From the NCBI GenBank assembly GCA_043753995.1, contig JAYUVP010000077.1:55-64054 (forward strand): DNA of 64,000 nucleotides, in the 5' to 3' direction. The first letter of the stretch is position 1. Each line of letters begins with the position of its first letter. The notes under the pieces were generated by a model. That model made no database searches. It saw nothing but the letters and a program-made list of their open reading frames with translations, and was not told where the DNA came from. A program made the translations under genes and the position numbers. Shown here one piece after another: positions 1 to 9,829 of this stretch. The DNA comes from Fibrobacterota bacterium. GTDB lineage: Bacteria > Fibrobacterota > Fibrobacteria > UBA11236.

Positions 1-53
1 CACGAAAAGCGCAGTCGCTAATTGGCGCAAAGAAATTGAATCGACCAGAGTTT

Positions 54-590
54 TCACAGCGACTCCTTGAGATTTACCGGGGCAAAGAAGATTCGGTTAA
101 TCCAACCGCGATATGCGTCGGGCTGTTTTCGCGCGGCAGCAGTGTAATGCTGATGTGCGTATTTGAGAAAATGAAAAAGCAAGGCGGAAGAATCTCCGCA
201 AGCATCAATCCAGTTCGCCTGAAGCAAAGTCTTGGGCCCAAAGACACCATCGACTTTCACAACTGGGCGCGTCGAATTGAGATTGGCGGCAATCTCGTTA
301 ATGGCTTTTTGGAAATAAACATGCGCCTGCGTTGGCCCCATGTTCACCGCAAATGAAAAAACCTTATACGCTATCAAGGTATCCGACATGCTACCGTAAC
401 GCGCCCTTTTCCAAAAGTCGCGCTCGTAAATCTCCAAAGCGTTGGCTTTGGTCAGATTTTTGACATCTAAATCGGGGTAAGAGCGCTTCGAAATCCCGAA
501 ACGGGTTTCACCGCCGGGGTCCGAGGGGGAATTTTGGTATCCACCCTCCTCCAAAAGCAGATTTTCGGCGGCGGAGGCAAAATCAAGCAT
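54..590 (-). CDS. GH108-family lysozyme with C-terminal peptidoglycan-binding domain (phage endolysin-like)
   Basis: N-terminal EGGYQNSPSDPGGETRFGIS motif is characteristic of glycoside hydrolase family 108. The C-terminal part resembles the PG_binding_3 domain. Size 178 aa. Confidence 0.7.
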   Translation of the reverse strand: MLDFASAAENLLLEEGGYQNSPSDPGGETRFGISKRSYPDLDVKNLTKANALEIYERDFWKRARYGSMSDTLIAYKVFSFAVNMGPTQAHVYFQKAINEIAANLNSTRPVVKVDGVFGPKTLLQANWIDACGDSSALLFHFLKYAHQHYTAAARKQPDAYRGWINRIFFAPVNLKESL

Positions 591-749
591 GACCGCCCCC
601 CAAACCCCGTTTAAAAACGGACGTACCCCGTTTAAAAACGTTTAAACGGTTTTCCATCGGGCCGTTTTCCCCATTGACAGACAGCCTCGCTCCTAGGCCT
701 GTTTCCAGGGTTTTGGTGAGGGGTGCCGAAATTCGCAAAATCTGGGTAG

Positions 750-1205
750 TCATCGGACAGATGCTCCCGGACCAAAACCAGCCAAAGACCCTGGCCCGTA
801 GACCTGATCGCAAGCCGTTTTATTGCCCTTGTAAATCCCAGCAGCCGAAACGGGAGCCGAAGCGCCCAAACTGATGACGCCTTTCGCGATGTCGACGAGC
901 ATTTGGCGCGAACGTGATGCGCGTGACGCAACATTTTCCGGCACGCTTCCTTGTCCACGCCGAGAATAAAGTTCGTAGATGGCAATATTGCGCGAGATGT
1001 TAATCACGACTTGAGGCACAGGAGGAGGCAAAGGCAAGGTCGGATAACGCGATTGCAAGTAGCCGTCGATTTCCGCATCGGCGGAAAGAATGGCAGCATC
1101 GACCTTGGTTTCGTCCATCACGCCGGTATTCTCGTCATCGGTCAATTGAACGAGCGTCTGCACGGACTCTTGGTCGGTGATATTTGCGAGCGTGCAGTAA
1201 GCCAT
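750..1205 (-). CDS. Mu gp36-like protein (DUF1320 family, head-tail connector region)
   Basis: 151 aa. Positioned downstream of the major head gene as in Mu. Sequence is typical of the DUF1320/gp36 family (recall, not searched). Confidence 0.55.
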   Translation of the reverse strand: MAYCTLANITDQESVQTLVQLTDDENTGVMDETKVDAAILSADAEIDGYLQSRYPTLPLPPPVPQVVINISRNIAIYELYSRRGQGSVPENVASRASRSRQMLVDIAKGVISLGASAPVSAAGIYKGNKTACDQVYGPGSLAGFGPGASVR

Positions 1206-1301
1206 GGTAATGTGTCAGCTACGGTACCCCACGGCCCGCCTCAGCTTTGCAGCCAAGACGGGCCTTCTCTGGGGGGCGTTTGTTCGTGCTGGTAGTCTCC
1301 T

Positions 1302-1721
1302 TTAGGCCAGCTTGATGCGGATGATGTCGCCAGCAGCGGCGGCAGTGTCAATGGCGTAACCGTTGACGCCTTGGGGCAGGTAGCCGCCGGCAATGGTCAT
1401 GGCAGGTTGAGCCGAGGACGACGTCACCGTGGTGCCCGAGCCGGGTACGGTGGCTGACATGGCCGTGGCGGTCACTGCTCGACCGAGTGAGTCGGACGCG
1501 ATAGGCAAGCCGGGCGTGGCAATGGCCGCGCCTGCTTCGACGAGCATGATGCCGTCGGTCGTGACCGACGCAACTTCGTTGATGTCGGCGTTGAGTTGAG
1601 CGACGCCTAGAGCACGCGCATTGGCAGCACAAACGCCGCCATCATAGCCGACGAAGCGGTGCTTGGTGAGGGCTGCAATCGCAAGAATTGCGGTGGTCAA
1701 AAGAGGCTGCATAGTCTTCAT
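1302..1721 (-). CDS. hypothetical phage structural protein (possible head decoration/cement-like)
   Basis: 139 aa, Gly/Ala/Thr-rich. Lies between the major head and gp36-like genes. The N-terminus is probably over-extended. Confidence 0.35.
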   Translation of the reverse strand: MKTMQPLLTTAILAIAALTKHRFVGYDGGVCAANARALGVAQLNADINEVASVTTDGIMLVEAGAAIATPGLPIASDSLGRAVTATAMSATVPGSGTTVTSSSAQPAMTIAGGYLPQGVNGYAIDTAAAAGDIIRIKLA

Positions 1722-2095
1722 GTGGGCTCCAGAGGAAGGGCTTCGAGCAAGTGAGCGATGCCGCGAACTTCGGCATCAGTGAGGCGAATGAGGTCACCCG
1801 TGCGAGCCAGACCGCTTTCGCGTTTGATAGGGCCGAGCATCACCTTGTATAGGCGAGGCATGGGAGAGGCTACCGAAGACGAGGCGAGAACTTCGGGCGG
1901 ATGTCCAGCCGCCTGTTGCTCTCCGTCCTCGTCTGCGGTATTTTGGCCCGCCGCGTCTGGGGAGGGGGATGAGGACGGAGTTACAAGGTTTGCCCCACCC
2001 ACAGCCCCCACAGACGCAGCAGAGTTTGCCGCCAGGAAGGGAGCGGCTCCAGAGTCCGGCTCTTGGCCGGACGCCGGTTGGATTTTCTTGGCCAT
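1718..2095 (-). CDS. hypothetical phage protein (Ala/Ser/Pro-rich N-terminal half)
   Basis: 125 aa ORF translationally coupled (4-nt overlaps) between the major head gene and the downstream ORF. Confidence 0.4.
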   Translation of the reverse strand: MAKKIQPASGQEPDSGAAPFLAANSAASVGAVGGANLVTPSSSPSPDAAGQNTADEDGEQQAAGHPPEVLASSSVASPMPRLYKVMLGPIKRESGLARTGDLIRLTDAEVRGIAHLLEALPLEPT

Positions 2096-2098
2096 GGC

Positions 2099-3022
2099 TT
2101 AGGCAACCACGTTCGAGATGAGGAAGCCCGCGTCGGCGCCGAGGAGCTTGGGCACCGCGATTTCGGTATAGCGAACGATTTCGAGCTTGCCGTCTTCGGT
2201 GCGGAGGTCGACAAGATCGCTGTTGCGCTTGACAAGGGTGTATCCAAAGCTCGGCTCATATTCGTTACGTTCTTCTTGCGACGCCACGGATGGCACATAA
2301 GCCATGATGACATTATCGCCCCAGATATCTGAGAAGACATTTGCGTCAGAGCTCTTGATAGCTTCGCCCACCACAACCTTCATGCCAATGAGGGCGGAGA
2401 GAAGCTCTGCCGTGACAACGCCGGTTTGGGTGTACTTGATGCGATCCAGGACAGCAGGATGTTCGGAGATGGCCTCGAAGGCCGCTGCGCCAAAGGCGCA
2501 TAAATTGGGACGCTTACCGATGGCAGCGCGCACGGCGTTTCGGCCCGCACGGATATCCGCCAAGGGAGTGCTGGTGGAGGGGGCGGACCAGCACGTGGTG
2601 GTCGCAAGTGCGAGGCGATTGTTGGCAGAAAAGGTGGCGGTGTCCTGCAACAGGGTCGATACGATATTCTCAAGCTGAAGCTTGACCCCATCCTTGACCG
2701 TGCGGGCGGCGTACTTTTGCAGAGGCAGAGCCGCCTCCGCATCCTCGCGGTAGTCGATAGGATATTCGAGATCGTGCTCTTTGCAAACGAAAGAGACAGG
2801 GGTCATATCTTCGGGGTTGATGCGATTGCTCTTCCCACGCAGGGCTCGCTCGGTATTATAAAGCTTGAAAGCTTCCTTCCCGAAGCCGGGAATCGTACCT
2901 GCTTCTTTTTCCACGTACACGACGGGAAAGAGCGACTGGAAAATGGACTCAGCGTTGGTATAACCGCGAGTGAGTTGAGTGAGAACAGGGTCAGCGACCC
3001 GGAGATTGCTAAGACGACCCAT
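2099..3022 (-). CDS. Mu-like major head subunit (gpT family)
   Basis: 307 aa. Located immediately after the I-like protease/scaffold gene. Length and position match Mu T (recall). Confidence 0.7.
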   Translation of the reverse strand: MGRLSNLRVADPVLTQLTRGYTNAESIFQSLFPVVYVEKEAGTIPGFGKEAFKLYNTERALRGKSNRINPEDMTPVSFVCKEHDLEYPIDYREDAEAALPLQKYAARTVKDGVKLQLENIVSTLLQDTATFSANNRLALATTTCWSAPSTSTPLADIRAGRNAVRAAIGKRPNLCAFGAAAFEAISEHPAVLDRIKYTQTGVVTAELLSALIGMKVVVGEAIKSSDANVFSDIWGDNVIMAYVPSVASQEERNEYEPSFGYTLVKRNSDLVDLRTEDGKLEIVRYTEIAVPKLLGADAGFLISNVVA

Positions 3023-3025
3023 GGC

Positions 3026-4033
3026 TTATCCTTTGGAAGTGAGCTGCGCGGCGGCTTGCTCGTAGGTGATTTTTCGTTGAGCCGCAAAAGCGGTGATTTT
3101 ATTGTGGAGAGCCAAGCGTTCGGGATCGACATTCGCACCGAAGGTGTTGACTCCGCCGACAGGAAGGCCATCCAAAGCCGCAACGCGCGTCGCGATTTCT
3201 CCGCCAGGCGCAAACTTGGGAAGAGCGTTGATGAAAGCTTTGAGCACATCGACGGGCGATTCCCCTGTCGAAAACTTGGCGACGCCATCGAGAGCGGACA
3301 GAAGCTTTAGGCAGTGAGCCTTGCATTCATCATTGAGGCTGCCGTATTCGATACGTTCCGCGAGGAAGGTCTCAAAGGACAGCCTCCGCTGGGTAACGTC
3401 GTTGGATGAAATGCGCGCGCTCATCTCGGTCACTTGACTTGCGAAGGTGGCGACCTTGGTATTCGCCTCGACGAGCATTGCCTTGAGCTTCACAGGATCA
3501 TTCTCATCCGCGAAAGCGGCGACGGCAGGGATAACGGGTGCGGGGGTTTGCGGGGCTTCGCTCGTCGCAGGCGCTTGCACACCTCCAACATCGGAAGCCG
3601 CCGCCAGGGGCATGGGCACGAATTCAGCTTCAAACTTCACCACGGCCGTGCTGGCATTCGCAAAGGTGATAGGCTTGAGGCCAAGCACGGCGGGATGCTG
3701 TGCGCCGAGCAGCGATACGGCATAGAGATAGGGGCCTTTGCCGCCGAGGTCTTGCACGAACTCCGCTGACACCTTTTTGTATTCACCCTGCGCGATAGCC
3801 GCAACCATTGCGTCGCTGACTTGGCCGAAGGAAACTTTGAGAACGCCGTCATCGAACTTGCAGCCGTCGACCCAACCTAAGGCGGGGCCGCTTATCGCAT
3901 GGTCAGGAGTGACAGGCGCTTCGCTGAAGGTCGGATCGTAATTCGCGGCGACCTGTTCGCAGAAGCTGGCGGGGAAATCACCTTGAGGGTATATTCCCGG
4001 CTTGAAGATTTCGTAAAAAAGCTTTTGTGACAT
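3026..4033 (-). CDS. Mu I-like prohead protease/scaffold protein
   Basis: Track ORF 3026-4087. Probable ATG at 4033 (MSQKLFYEIFKPG). Size about 335 aa and an Ala-rich C-terminal scaffold-like region, as in Mu I/Z. Confidence 0.65.
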   Translation of the reverse strand: MSQKLFYEIFKPGIYPQGDFPASFCEQVAANYDPTFSEAPVTPDHAISGPALGWVDGCKFDDGVLKVSFGQVSDAMVAAIAQGEYKKVSAEFVQDLGGKGPYLYAVSLLGAQHPAVLGLKPITFANASTAVVKFEAEFVPMPLAAASDVGGVQAPATSEAPQTPAPVIPAVAAFADENDPVKLKAMLVEANTKVATFASQVTEMSARISSNDVTQRRLSFETFLAERIEYGSLNDECKAHCLKLLSALDGVAKFSTGESPVDVLKAFINALPKFAPGGEIATRVAALDGLPVGGVNTFGANVDPERLALHNKITAFAAQRKITYEQAAAQLTSKG

Positions 4034-4207
4034 TCGTTTCCGCTTTAGGTTGAAGACGCTGAAAGCGCATCGCCATCGTACGTGCAATAACCTAGCGGCC
4101 TAATCGTTCCGGGCGCAAAACCATTGGCCGCGCTCGTGGCTAAGGTTTGGCGCTATCCTATTAGGCGGCCATTTGGCCGCCTCTATCCCTAGTGCCGAAA
4201 GGGCTTT

Positions 4208-4645
4208 ATGCTCCCCTTAATTCCGTCAGGTCCTGAAAGCGCGTTTCTCCTTGCTGCGGCAAAAGCTGGCGGCATCGCGGGCATGTGTTTCGTGATGTTC
4301 TTTATCTCCATGAAGGTCTGGGTGAGGGTCCAAAAGCAGGACAGTGATCGCATCGACGTCCTGGTGAAAATGGCTGACGAAAGGTGGAATCAGAAATTCA
4401 TAGAGGACGCGCGAGAGCGAGAGCGGCAATACGGATTATTCAAGGGCCTGCTCGATAACGTCTCAGCCCACACGGGCGAACTCGCAAGCATCAATGCCAA
4501 ACTCGACAGCCAATCCCGCGACATCAACGACATCAACCGGGGAATGGGCGTCCTACACGGGCGAATCGATAAAGCGCTTGATAATCGCAGTTATAACGGC
4601 GTTCAAAGCGGCAGCCAACACGCCAGACAGCAGGAGAGAGCATGA
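4208..4645 (+). CDS. membrane-anchored coiled-coil protein (possible i-spanin/lysis accessory)
   Basis: N-terminal TM helix (AGGIAGMCFVMFFISMKVWV) followed by a coiled-coil-like region. Lies upstream of the TerS-like gene, as lysis genes do in Mu-like phages. Confidence 0.4.
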   Translation: MLPLIPSGPESAFLLAAAKAGGIAGMCFVMFFISMKVWVRVQKQDSDRIDVLVKMADERWNQKFIEDARERERQYGLFKGLLDNVSAHTGELASINAKLDSQSRDINDINRGMGVLHGRIDKALDNRSYNGVQSGSQHARQQERA

Positions 4646-4887
4646 GCCACGAAGGCACCATGCTGCGGGGCCGTATCGCGCAGACCGAACAAAAGCAGCG
4701 CATGCTTCGGGTCGAAGCAAAGTCTCTGATCGTCTCCATGCGACAAGACCTTGACCCTTACCAACCCAATCCCGCGAATCTCGCCACCGAGAGAATCATG
4801 ACGGCCGGAGTGCGCCTGCATGAGATCGCCACCGAACTGCGCGAAGTTGACGCCACGCTCATCGATATGCGGCAAGACCTTGGCTAA
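4642..4887 (+). CDS. hypothetical phage protein
   Basis: 81 aa ORF with 4-nt overlap to the upstream gene. No recognisable motif. Confidence 0.3.
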   Translation: MSHEGTMLRGRIAQTEQKQRMLRVEAKSLIVSMRQDLDPYQPNPANLATERIMTAGVRLHEIATELREVDATLIDMRQDLG

Positions 4888-5317
4888 GAAGCTTGCGTTT
4901 ATCGAAGAGGTTGAGCGGCGCTATGTGGTGATGAACCAGACCGCCGCAGCCATAGGCGCTGCGCTCAACATTTCCGAGCGCACCATCACCACATGGAAGG
5001 GTGAACAAAAGCAAGCCGGGAATGACTGGGACATTAAGCGAGCGAATCGGCTCGCCGCCATCGCATCTTTCCCGGACGAGTTAAATGAGCTTGCTCGCGA
5101 GCTTTGCCGCAGCATCAAAGAAGATCTCATGGAAGGCAAGCCCATTGACCAGAGTCGTGCGATTTTGTTTCGCGGCATACTCGGCAAAGCCAACAAAGAA
5201 AAAGAATTTGCTGACGCGGTGAAAAAGGAAGCTGCGGCGGAAGCCCCCAAGAAGCAAGAGATAAGCACCGACACCATCAAGCGCGTGCAAAGGGACATCC
5301 TTGGCATCCCTGGTTGA
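4820..5317 (+). CDS. Mu gp27-like small terminase/DNA-binding protein (DUF1804-like)
   Basis: Helix-turn-helix-like segment (AAAIGAALNISERTITTWKG) and position directly upstream of TerL. The true start may be TTG near 4882. Confidence 0.5.
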   Translation: MRSPPNCAKLTPRSSICGKTLAKKLAFIEEVERRYVVMNQTAAAIGAALNISERTITTWKGEQKQAGNDWDIKRANRLAAIASFPDELNELARELCRSIKEDLMEGKPIDQSRAILFRGILGKANKEKEFADAVKKEAAAEAPKKQEISTDTIKRVQRDILGIPG

Positions 5318-6701
5318 TCCCGCCGCCACAAAGGCGAGTTATTTCCTCCAATATCAATTGGATTGGTTAGCCGATAAAAAGCTGATCAAGATGGCCAAGA
5401 AAAGCCGACGCACCGGCTTTTCCTATACGCAAGCGTTTGAAGATGTCACCGACATTCTAAACGAGACCGAATACACCCCCGGTCGTAAAACCAAAAACGT
5501 CTGGTTCTCTTCAGCCGATGAAAGCGCATCCAAGGAATACATCCTCTACTGTGCCATGTGGTTCGAGGTCTATGACGCGGGGGCGCGAGAGCTCGGCGAA
5601 GTCGTCATTGATAGCGACCACAGCATCAAAGCCCTTTGCATCGAGGCCCCAAATGGCGGCCGCATTCATGCGCTCACATCAAACCCCAATCGATTTCGCT
5701 CCAAGGGTGGCAAGGTGGTGCTCGATGAATTCGCGCATCATAAAGACCAGCAAGCCATGTGGAAAGCGGCTTATGCCTCGGCAAGCATTTGGGGTTACGC
5801 CATCCGCATCATCTCCAGCGACAAAGGCAAGGGTTTATTCTACGAGTTCTGTGAGGACACGAAGGCAGGCAAGACCGGCTGGTCCCTGCACATCGTCACC
5901 ATTCACAAGGCCGTAGAGCAGGGGCTACTCGATAAAATACGCGGACGCGTGACCACCGCCGAAGAGAGACAGAACTGGCTCGACGAGCAGCGCCGCAATT
6001 GCCGCCTCGAATACATTTGGCTGGAAGAGTTCTGCTGCATCGCCCAAGATTCGGAATCAGCCTTCTTCAATCATGAACTGATTTCAAATTGCTGCCGAGA
6101 CGGCATACGGCAAAACCTCGTCGACGTCGACGAGGATATGTATGCAGGCTGGGATATTGCGCGCGTGAAAGATTTCGCAGTGATATGGACGATTGGCAAG
6201 CGCGACCGCGAAATCACTAGGAACATTCAAGCCTATGAAGACACTCGCTTCAAAATCCAAAAGGATTTTTTGCGCACCCTATTATGCCTGTCGCGCTTCC
6301 GGCGGCTCTGCCTCGATTATACCGGCATGGGTATTCCATTGGGCGAAGAGTTGCAAGAAGAGTTCGGTAAATACAAAGTCGAATGCGTGGGCTTTACCAA
6401 TCCAGTGAAAGAAGAGCTGGCTGTCGACATGAAGAGGGCCATGGAGGATCGTGATTTCATAATGCCCGACGATCCCATTGTCCGGGCGTCATTTCATTCC
6501 ATCCAAAAACTGGTGACGACAGCGGGCAATGTCCGCTTCGACGCTGAGTCGACAGAACAAATTGGCCACGCAGATCACTTCTGGGCCGCAGCCCTCGCCC
6601 ACCACGCAGCCAAGACCGCGCGCTCCGGCCCTCTCACCATTCGCAGCGGCGTGCGCCGCAGCATCGGCCGCATACTCCACGGCTACGGCCTCACTCGATA
6701 G
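5301..6701 (+). CDS. terminase large subunit (Mu gp28-like)
   Basis: 466 aa. Deviant Walker-A-like KKSRRTGFS near the N-terminus. Acidic nuclease-type C-terminal half. Followed immediately by the portal gene. Confidence 0.7.
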   Translation: MASLVDPAATKASYFLQYQLDWLADKKLIKMAKKSRRTGFSYTQAFEDVTDILNETEYTPGRKTKNVWFSSADESASKEYILYCAMWFEVYDAGARELGEVVIDSDHSIKALCIEAPNGGRIHALTSNPNRFRSKGGKVVLDEFAHHKDQQAMWKAAYASASIWGYAIRIISSDKGKGLFYEFCEDTKAGKTGWSLHIVTIHKAVEQGLLDKIRGRVTTAEERQNWLDEQRRNCRLEYIWLEEFCCIAQDSESAFFNHELISNCCRDGIRQNLVDVDEDMYAGWDIARVKDFAVIWTIGKRDREITRNIQAYEDTRFKIQKDFLRTLLCLSRFRRLCLDYTGMGIPLGEELQEEFGKYKVECVGFTNPVKEELAVDMKRAMEDRDFIMPDDPIVRASFHSIQKLVTTAGNVRFDAESTEQIGHADHFWAAALAHHAAKTARSGPLTIRSGVRRSIGRILHGYGLTR

Positions 6702-6710
6702 GACACAGCC

Positions 6711-8288
6711 ATGACGCACTTTTTCACATCATCCACCAGCCCCGTCGCGCGCTTCGGCGCGGCTCCTGTGCCCGTGCAGGCGGTGCCGGTCATAGGCGGC
6801 GAAATCGCTACGCGCGCCCGAGCCATGGGCGAATATGCCGGGTGGATGAATCAGCTCCCCAATCCCGATCCCATACTCAAGGCGCGAGGCATCGACATCA
6901 GCAAATACCGCGAGCTGCTTTCCGATGGCTCGCTCTCGGGAGCGGTGAAATCACGCAAGTCGGCTTTGCAGAGTATGGAATGGGGCCTCAATCGCGCGAA
7001 GTCGAAGTCGCGCAAAGCTCGCCTCGTCGAGGACCATTTGAAAACGCTCGACCATCACCGCTTGCGATCGCAAATGTTCGAAGCCTCACTCTTCGGTTAC
7101 GTGCCCATTGAAATTTGCAAGTGGGAAGTCATCAACGGCGTGCGCTTACCCACACGCATCGAACAGAAGCCTCAAGAGTGGTTTGCCTTTGACAATCAGA
7201 ATCGCCTGCTATTCAAGAGCAAGGACAATTGGCAAGGCGAAGTCGTTCCCGATTATCAATTCCTTTGCCCAACCAATGACGCGAGCTATGCCAACCCTTA
7301 TGGCATCGGCGACCTGTCGCGCTGCTTCTGGCCGTCGATATTCAAGCGCAATGGATATTCCTTCTGGGTGACCTTCGGCGAACGCTACGGCATGCCATGG
7401 GTTATCGGCAAACTGCCGCGTGGTTTGGACCCCAAGGAATACGACGCGCTCAATGACAGACTCGCAAGCATGGTGCAAGATGCCGTCGCTGTCGTTCCGA
7501 CCGATGCCGACGTGAACCTATTAGAAGCCGGCGGCAAATCGGGATCGGTGGACGTGTATAGCCGCCTCGTTGAATTTTGCAAAGCGGAAATGTCGGTGGT
7601 CATGCGCGGGCATGAAGGCGCGACCAATAGCACCGCAGGTAAGCTAGGCGGCAGCGACACCGCAACCAAGGTCATGGATGAGATTCGTGACGGTGACGCG
7701 CGCATGTGCGAGGCTGCATACAATCAACTCGTTCGGTGGATTTACAAACTGAACTGGCCCAGCGAAACCGACATTCCCACCTTCGACATTTGGGAGAAGA
7801 AGGATGTCGACCAGGAGCTTGCCACGCGCGATGCTACTCTCACCGAAAAGCTCGGTGTGAAATTCAAGAAGGTCTATATCTCCGAGGCCTACGACCTGCC
7901 TCAAGACCAATTCGACATCGAGGAGCCCAAGCCTACGGCGCCGCCCGCCGAGAACCCTGCGGCTAAGCCCGAGCCCGGAGCGGCGGTACCGCCCAAGGTC
8001 GTCGTCAAAAAGAAATTCGCATTGCCCGTCACCTTCGCTCAGCAAAGCGATGCCGCCATGGCGCTGGAGGATGCAGTGAATAGCATTCCCGCCGAAGAAC
8101 TTCAAAGCATGATGGATAAGCTTTTAAAGCCGGTTTGGAAACTCTTGCAAAAAGGCACCACGGCCGAGGAAATCCAAAAAGCCCTCGTCGAGGCTTATCC
8201 CTTGATGGACGATGACCAGATTCTCACCTTGATGACCCAACCCATTTTCGTCGCTGACATTGTCGGCGGGCTCTCGGCGCAGAAATAG
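6711..8288 (+). CDS. portal protein (DUF935, Mu gp29 family)
   Basis: 525 aa. Clean ATG at 6711 with an upstream AGGA. Position between TerL and the Mu-F-like gene. Confidence 0.75.
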   Translation: MTHFFTSSTSPVARFGAAPVPVQAVPVIGGEIATRARAMGEYAGWMNQLPNPDPILKARGIDISKYRELLSDGSLSGAVKSRKSALQSMEWGLNRAKSKSRKARLVEDHLKTLDHHRLRSQMFEASLFGYVPIEICKWEVINGVRLPTRIEQKPQEWFAFDNQNRLLFKSKDNWQGEVVPDYQFLCPTNDASYANPYGIGDLSRCFWPSIFKRNGYSFWVTFGERYGMPWVIGKLPRGLDPKEYDALNDRLASMVQDAVAVVPTDADVNLLEAGGKSGSVDVYSRLVEFCKAEMSVVMRGHEGATNSTAGKLGGSDTATKVMDEIRDGDARMCEAAYNQLVRWIYKLNWPSETDIPTFDIWEKKDVDQELATRDATLTEKLGVKFKKVYISEAYDLPQDQFDIEEPKPTAPPAENPAAKPEPGAAVPPKVVVKKKFALPVTFAQQSDAAMALEDAVNSIPAEELQSMMDKLLKPVWKLLQKGTTAEEIQKALVEAYPLMDDDQILTLMTQPIFVADIVGGLSAQK

Positions 8289-8290
8289 CC

Positions 8291-9829
8291 ATGGGCGTTA
8301 CCAAGCCCGACATTGCGGCCGCATTCAATATGCCGCCTCGCCGCGCTATCGAATTCTTCGAGAGCAAGGGCAATGTCATTAATTGGGATTGGTATGAGAC
8401 ATGGCAAACCGCGCATAGCAAAGCCTTCACCGTTGCCAAAGCGATGAAGGCTGAAATCCTTCAAGACTTTCACGACGGTGTGCGGGACATCTTCGTTAAG
8501 GGCGACACCTACGAAGAGTTTCGGCGTAAGCTTGAGCCCAAGCTAAAGGCTGCGGGATGGTGGGGAAAACAAAAGGTCCTTGGCCCACATGGTGAGGAAG
8601 ATGTACAACTCGGATCACCGTGGCGGCTAAAGCGCATTTATCAAACCAATGCTGCCACAAACTTTTCGGCGGGGCGATGGCGGCAGTTTGTTGAGAATGC
8701 GGATGCACGGCCCTACTTACAATACCTTGCCACCCTCGACGGTCGCACGCGTCCCACGCATCGTGCCATGCATGGCAAGGTGTTTCGCATTGACGATCCC
8801 ATTTGGAAATATCTCTTTCCGCCGAACGATTGGGGTTGCCGTTGCCGCGTGCGGGCCTTGAGCCAGGCCGATGTCGAGCGCATGGGATTGATCGTCGAGG
8901 ATGGCAGCAAAGCCATCACTCACGAAGAGCGCCTGGTCTCGGCCAAGACAGGTGAGGTGAAGCCCGTCGCTGTGTACACCGACCCAGCAACCGGCAAGCG
9001 CATGGCCACGGGTGTGGGCTGGTCCTATAACCCGGGCATGAAGGACTTCGAGCCCGACCTTTCGCGCATTACCCCGGCCATTGCGAAAGCATATCGCAAG
9101 GAGGTGGCTGCCGCCGGGCTGACCCAGCGTTATCCCGTGACCAGCTATGGCGACATCGAAACTCTTCTTAAGGCCTATGACAAAGAGACTCCCGGCATTT
9201 TTCAGTTGGGCTTTAAGTCGATTGAAATCACCAATGCCAAATACATTATGGCCACCAATGCCATCGGTGAAATCAAATTGTCGCGACGCATTTCAGCCAG
9301 CGGATTCAATGGCGCAGAAAATCTATTGCAAGCGCTTCGCAAAGTTTCGTTGCGAGAGGCTTTGAGCTTTGACGAGGAATACGCCATCGAAGCGCTATGG
9401 CATGAGATCGGGCATTGCCGCATGCAAGGCTGGATGAAAGTTGCGAAGGGCAGCGTGTCCCAAACCGTGATGGAGACACTCAATCAGTGGGTTGCTCGGC
9501 ACACCTATTCTGACTTCTTGGCTCAGCTGGGAGGCAAAGCTGCGCACCAAGAAAAGATTTTGGCCGAGGGTGTGGGCTATCAGCGGTGGGTGGCGAATCT
9601 GCGCACAGCCATCAGCGCTTTGGGGGTGAATGAGCAAACCGCGCTCGGTGTTATTAAGCCGCTGGTATTCAGGCTGCCTTGGACCAAGCTTCAAGGGGCC
9701 GTGGCTTACGCGTTGGCACGGTTGTCAAACAAAGATGAGGCGATGATTAAGGCCGTGCTGGGAGACCTGTCACAATACCCAGGAACCTATACCGCCTTGT
9801 TAAAGGCCCTATTTAAAACCGAGGGTTAA
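8291..9829 (+). CDS. Mu F-like head morphogenesis protein (gp30 family)
   Basis: Contains the Phage_Mu_F signature region ...LATLDGRTRPTHRAMHGKVFRIDDPIWKYLFPPNDWGCRCRVRAL. Confidence 0.8.
   Translation: MGVTKPDIAAAFNMPPRRAIEFFESKGNVINWDWYETWQTAHSKAFTVAKAMKAEILQDFHDGVRDIFVKGDTYEEFRRKLEPKLKAAGWWGKQKVLGPHGEEDVQLGSPWRLKRIYQTNAATNFSAGRWRQFVENADARPYLQYLATLDGRTRPTHRAMHGKVFRIDDPIWKYLFPPNDWGCRCRVRALSQADVERMGLIVEDGSKAITHEERLVSAKTGEVKPVAVYTDPATGKRMATGVGWSYNPGMKDFEPDLSRITPAIAKAYRKEVAAAGLTQRYPVTSYGDIETLLKAYDKETPGIFQLGFKSIEITNAKYIMATNAIGEIKLSRRISASGFNGAENLLQALRKVSLREALSFDEEYAIEALWHEIGHCRMQGWMKVAKGSVSQTVMETLNQWVARHTYSDFLAQLGGKAAHQEKILAEGVGYQRWVANLRTAISALGVNEQTALGVIKPLVFRLPWTKLQGAVAYALARLSNKDEAMIKAVLGDLSQYPGTYTALLKALFKTEG

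Noticed and set aside
5518-5916. 132-aa alternative-frame ORF within TerL
   Set aside because: Same strand, different frame from a well-supported terminase gene. Ser/Arg-rich.
7644-8105. 153-aa minus-strand ORF inside the portal gene
   Set aside because: Entirely antisense to the DUF935 portal gene. Arg/Gly/Leu-rich composition.
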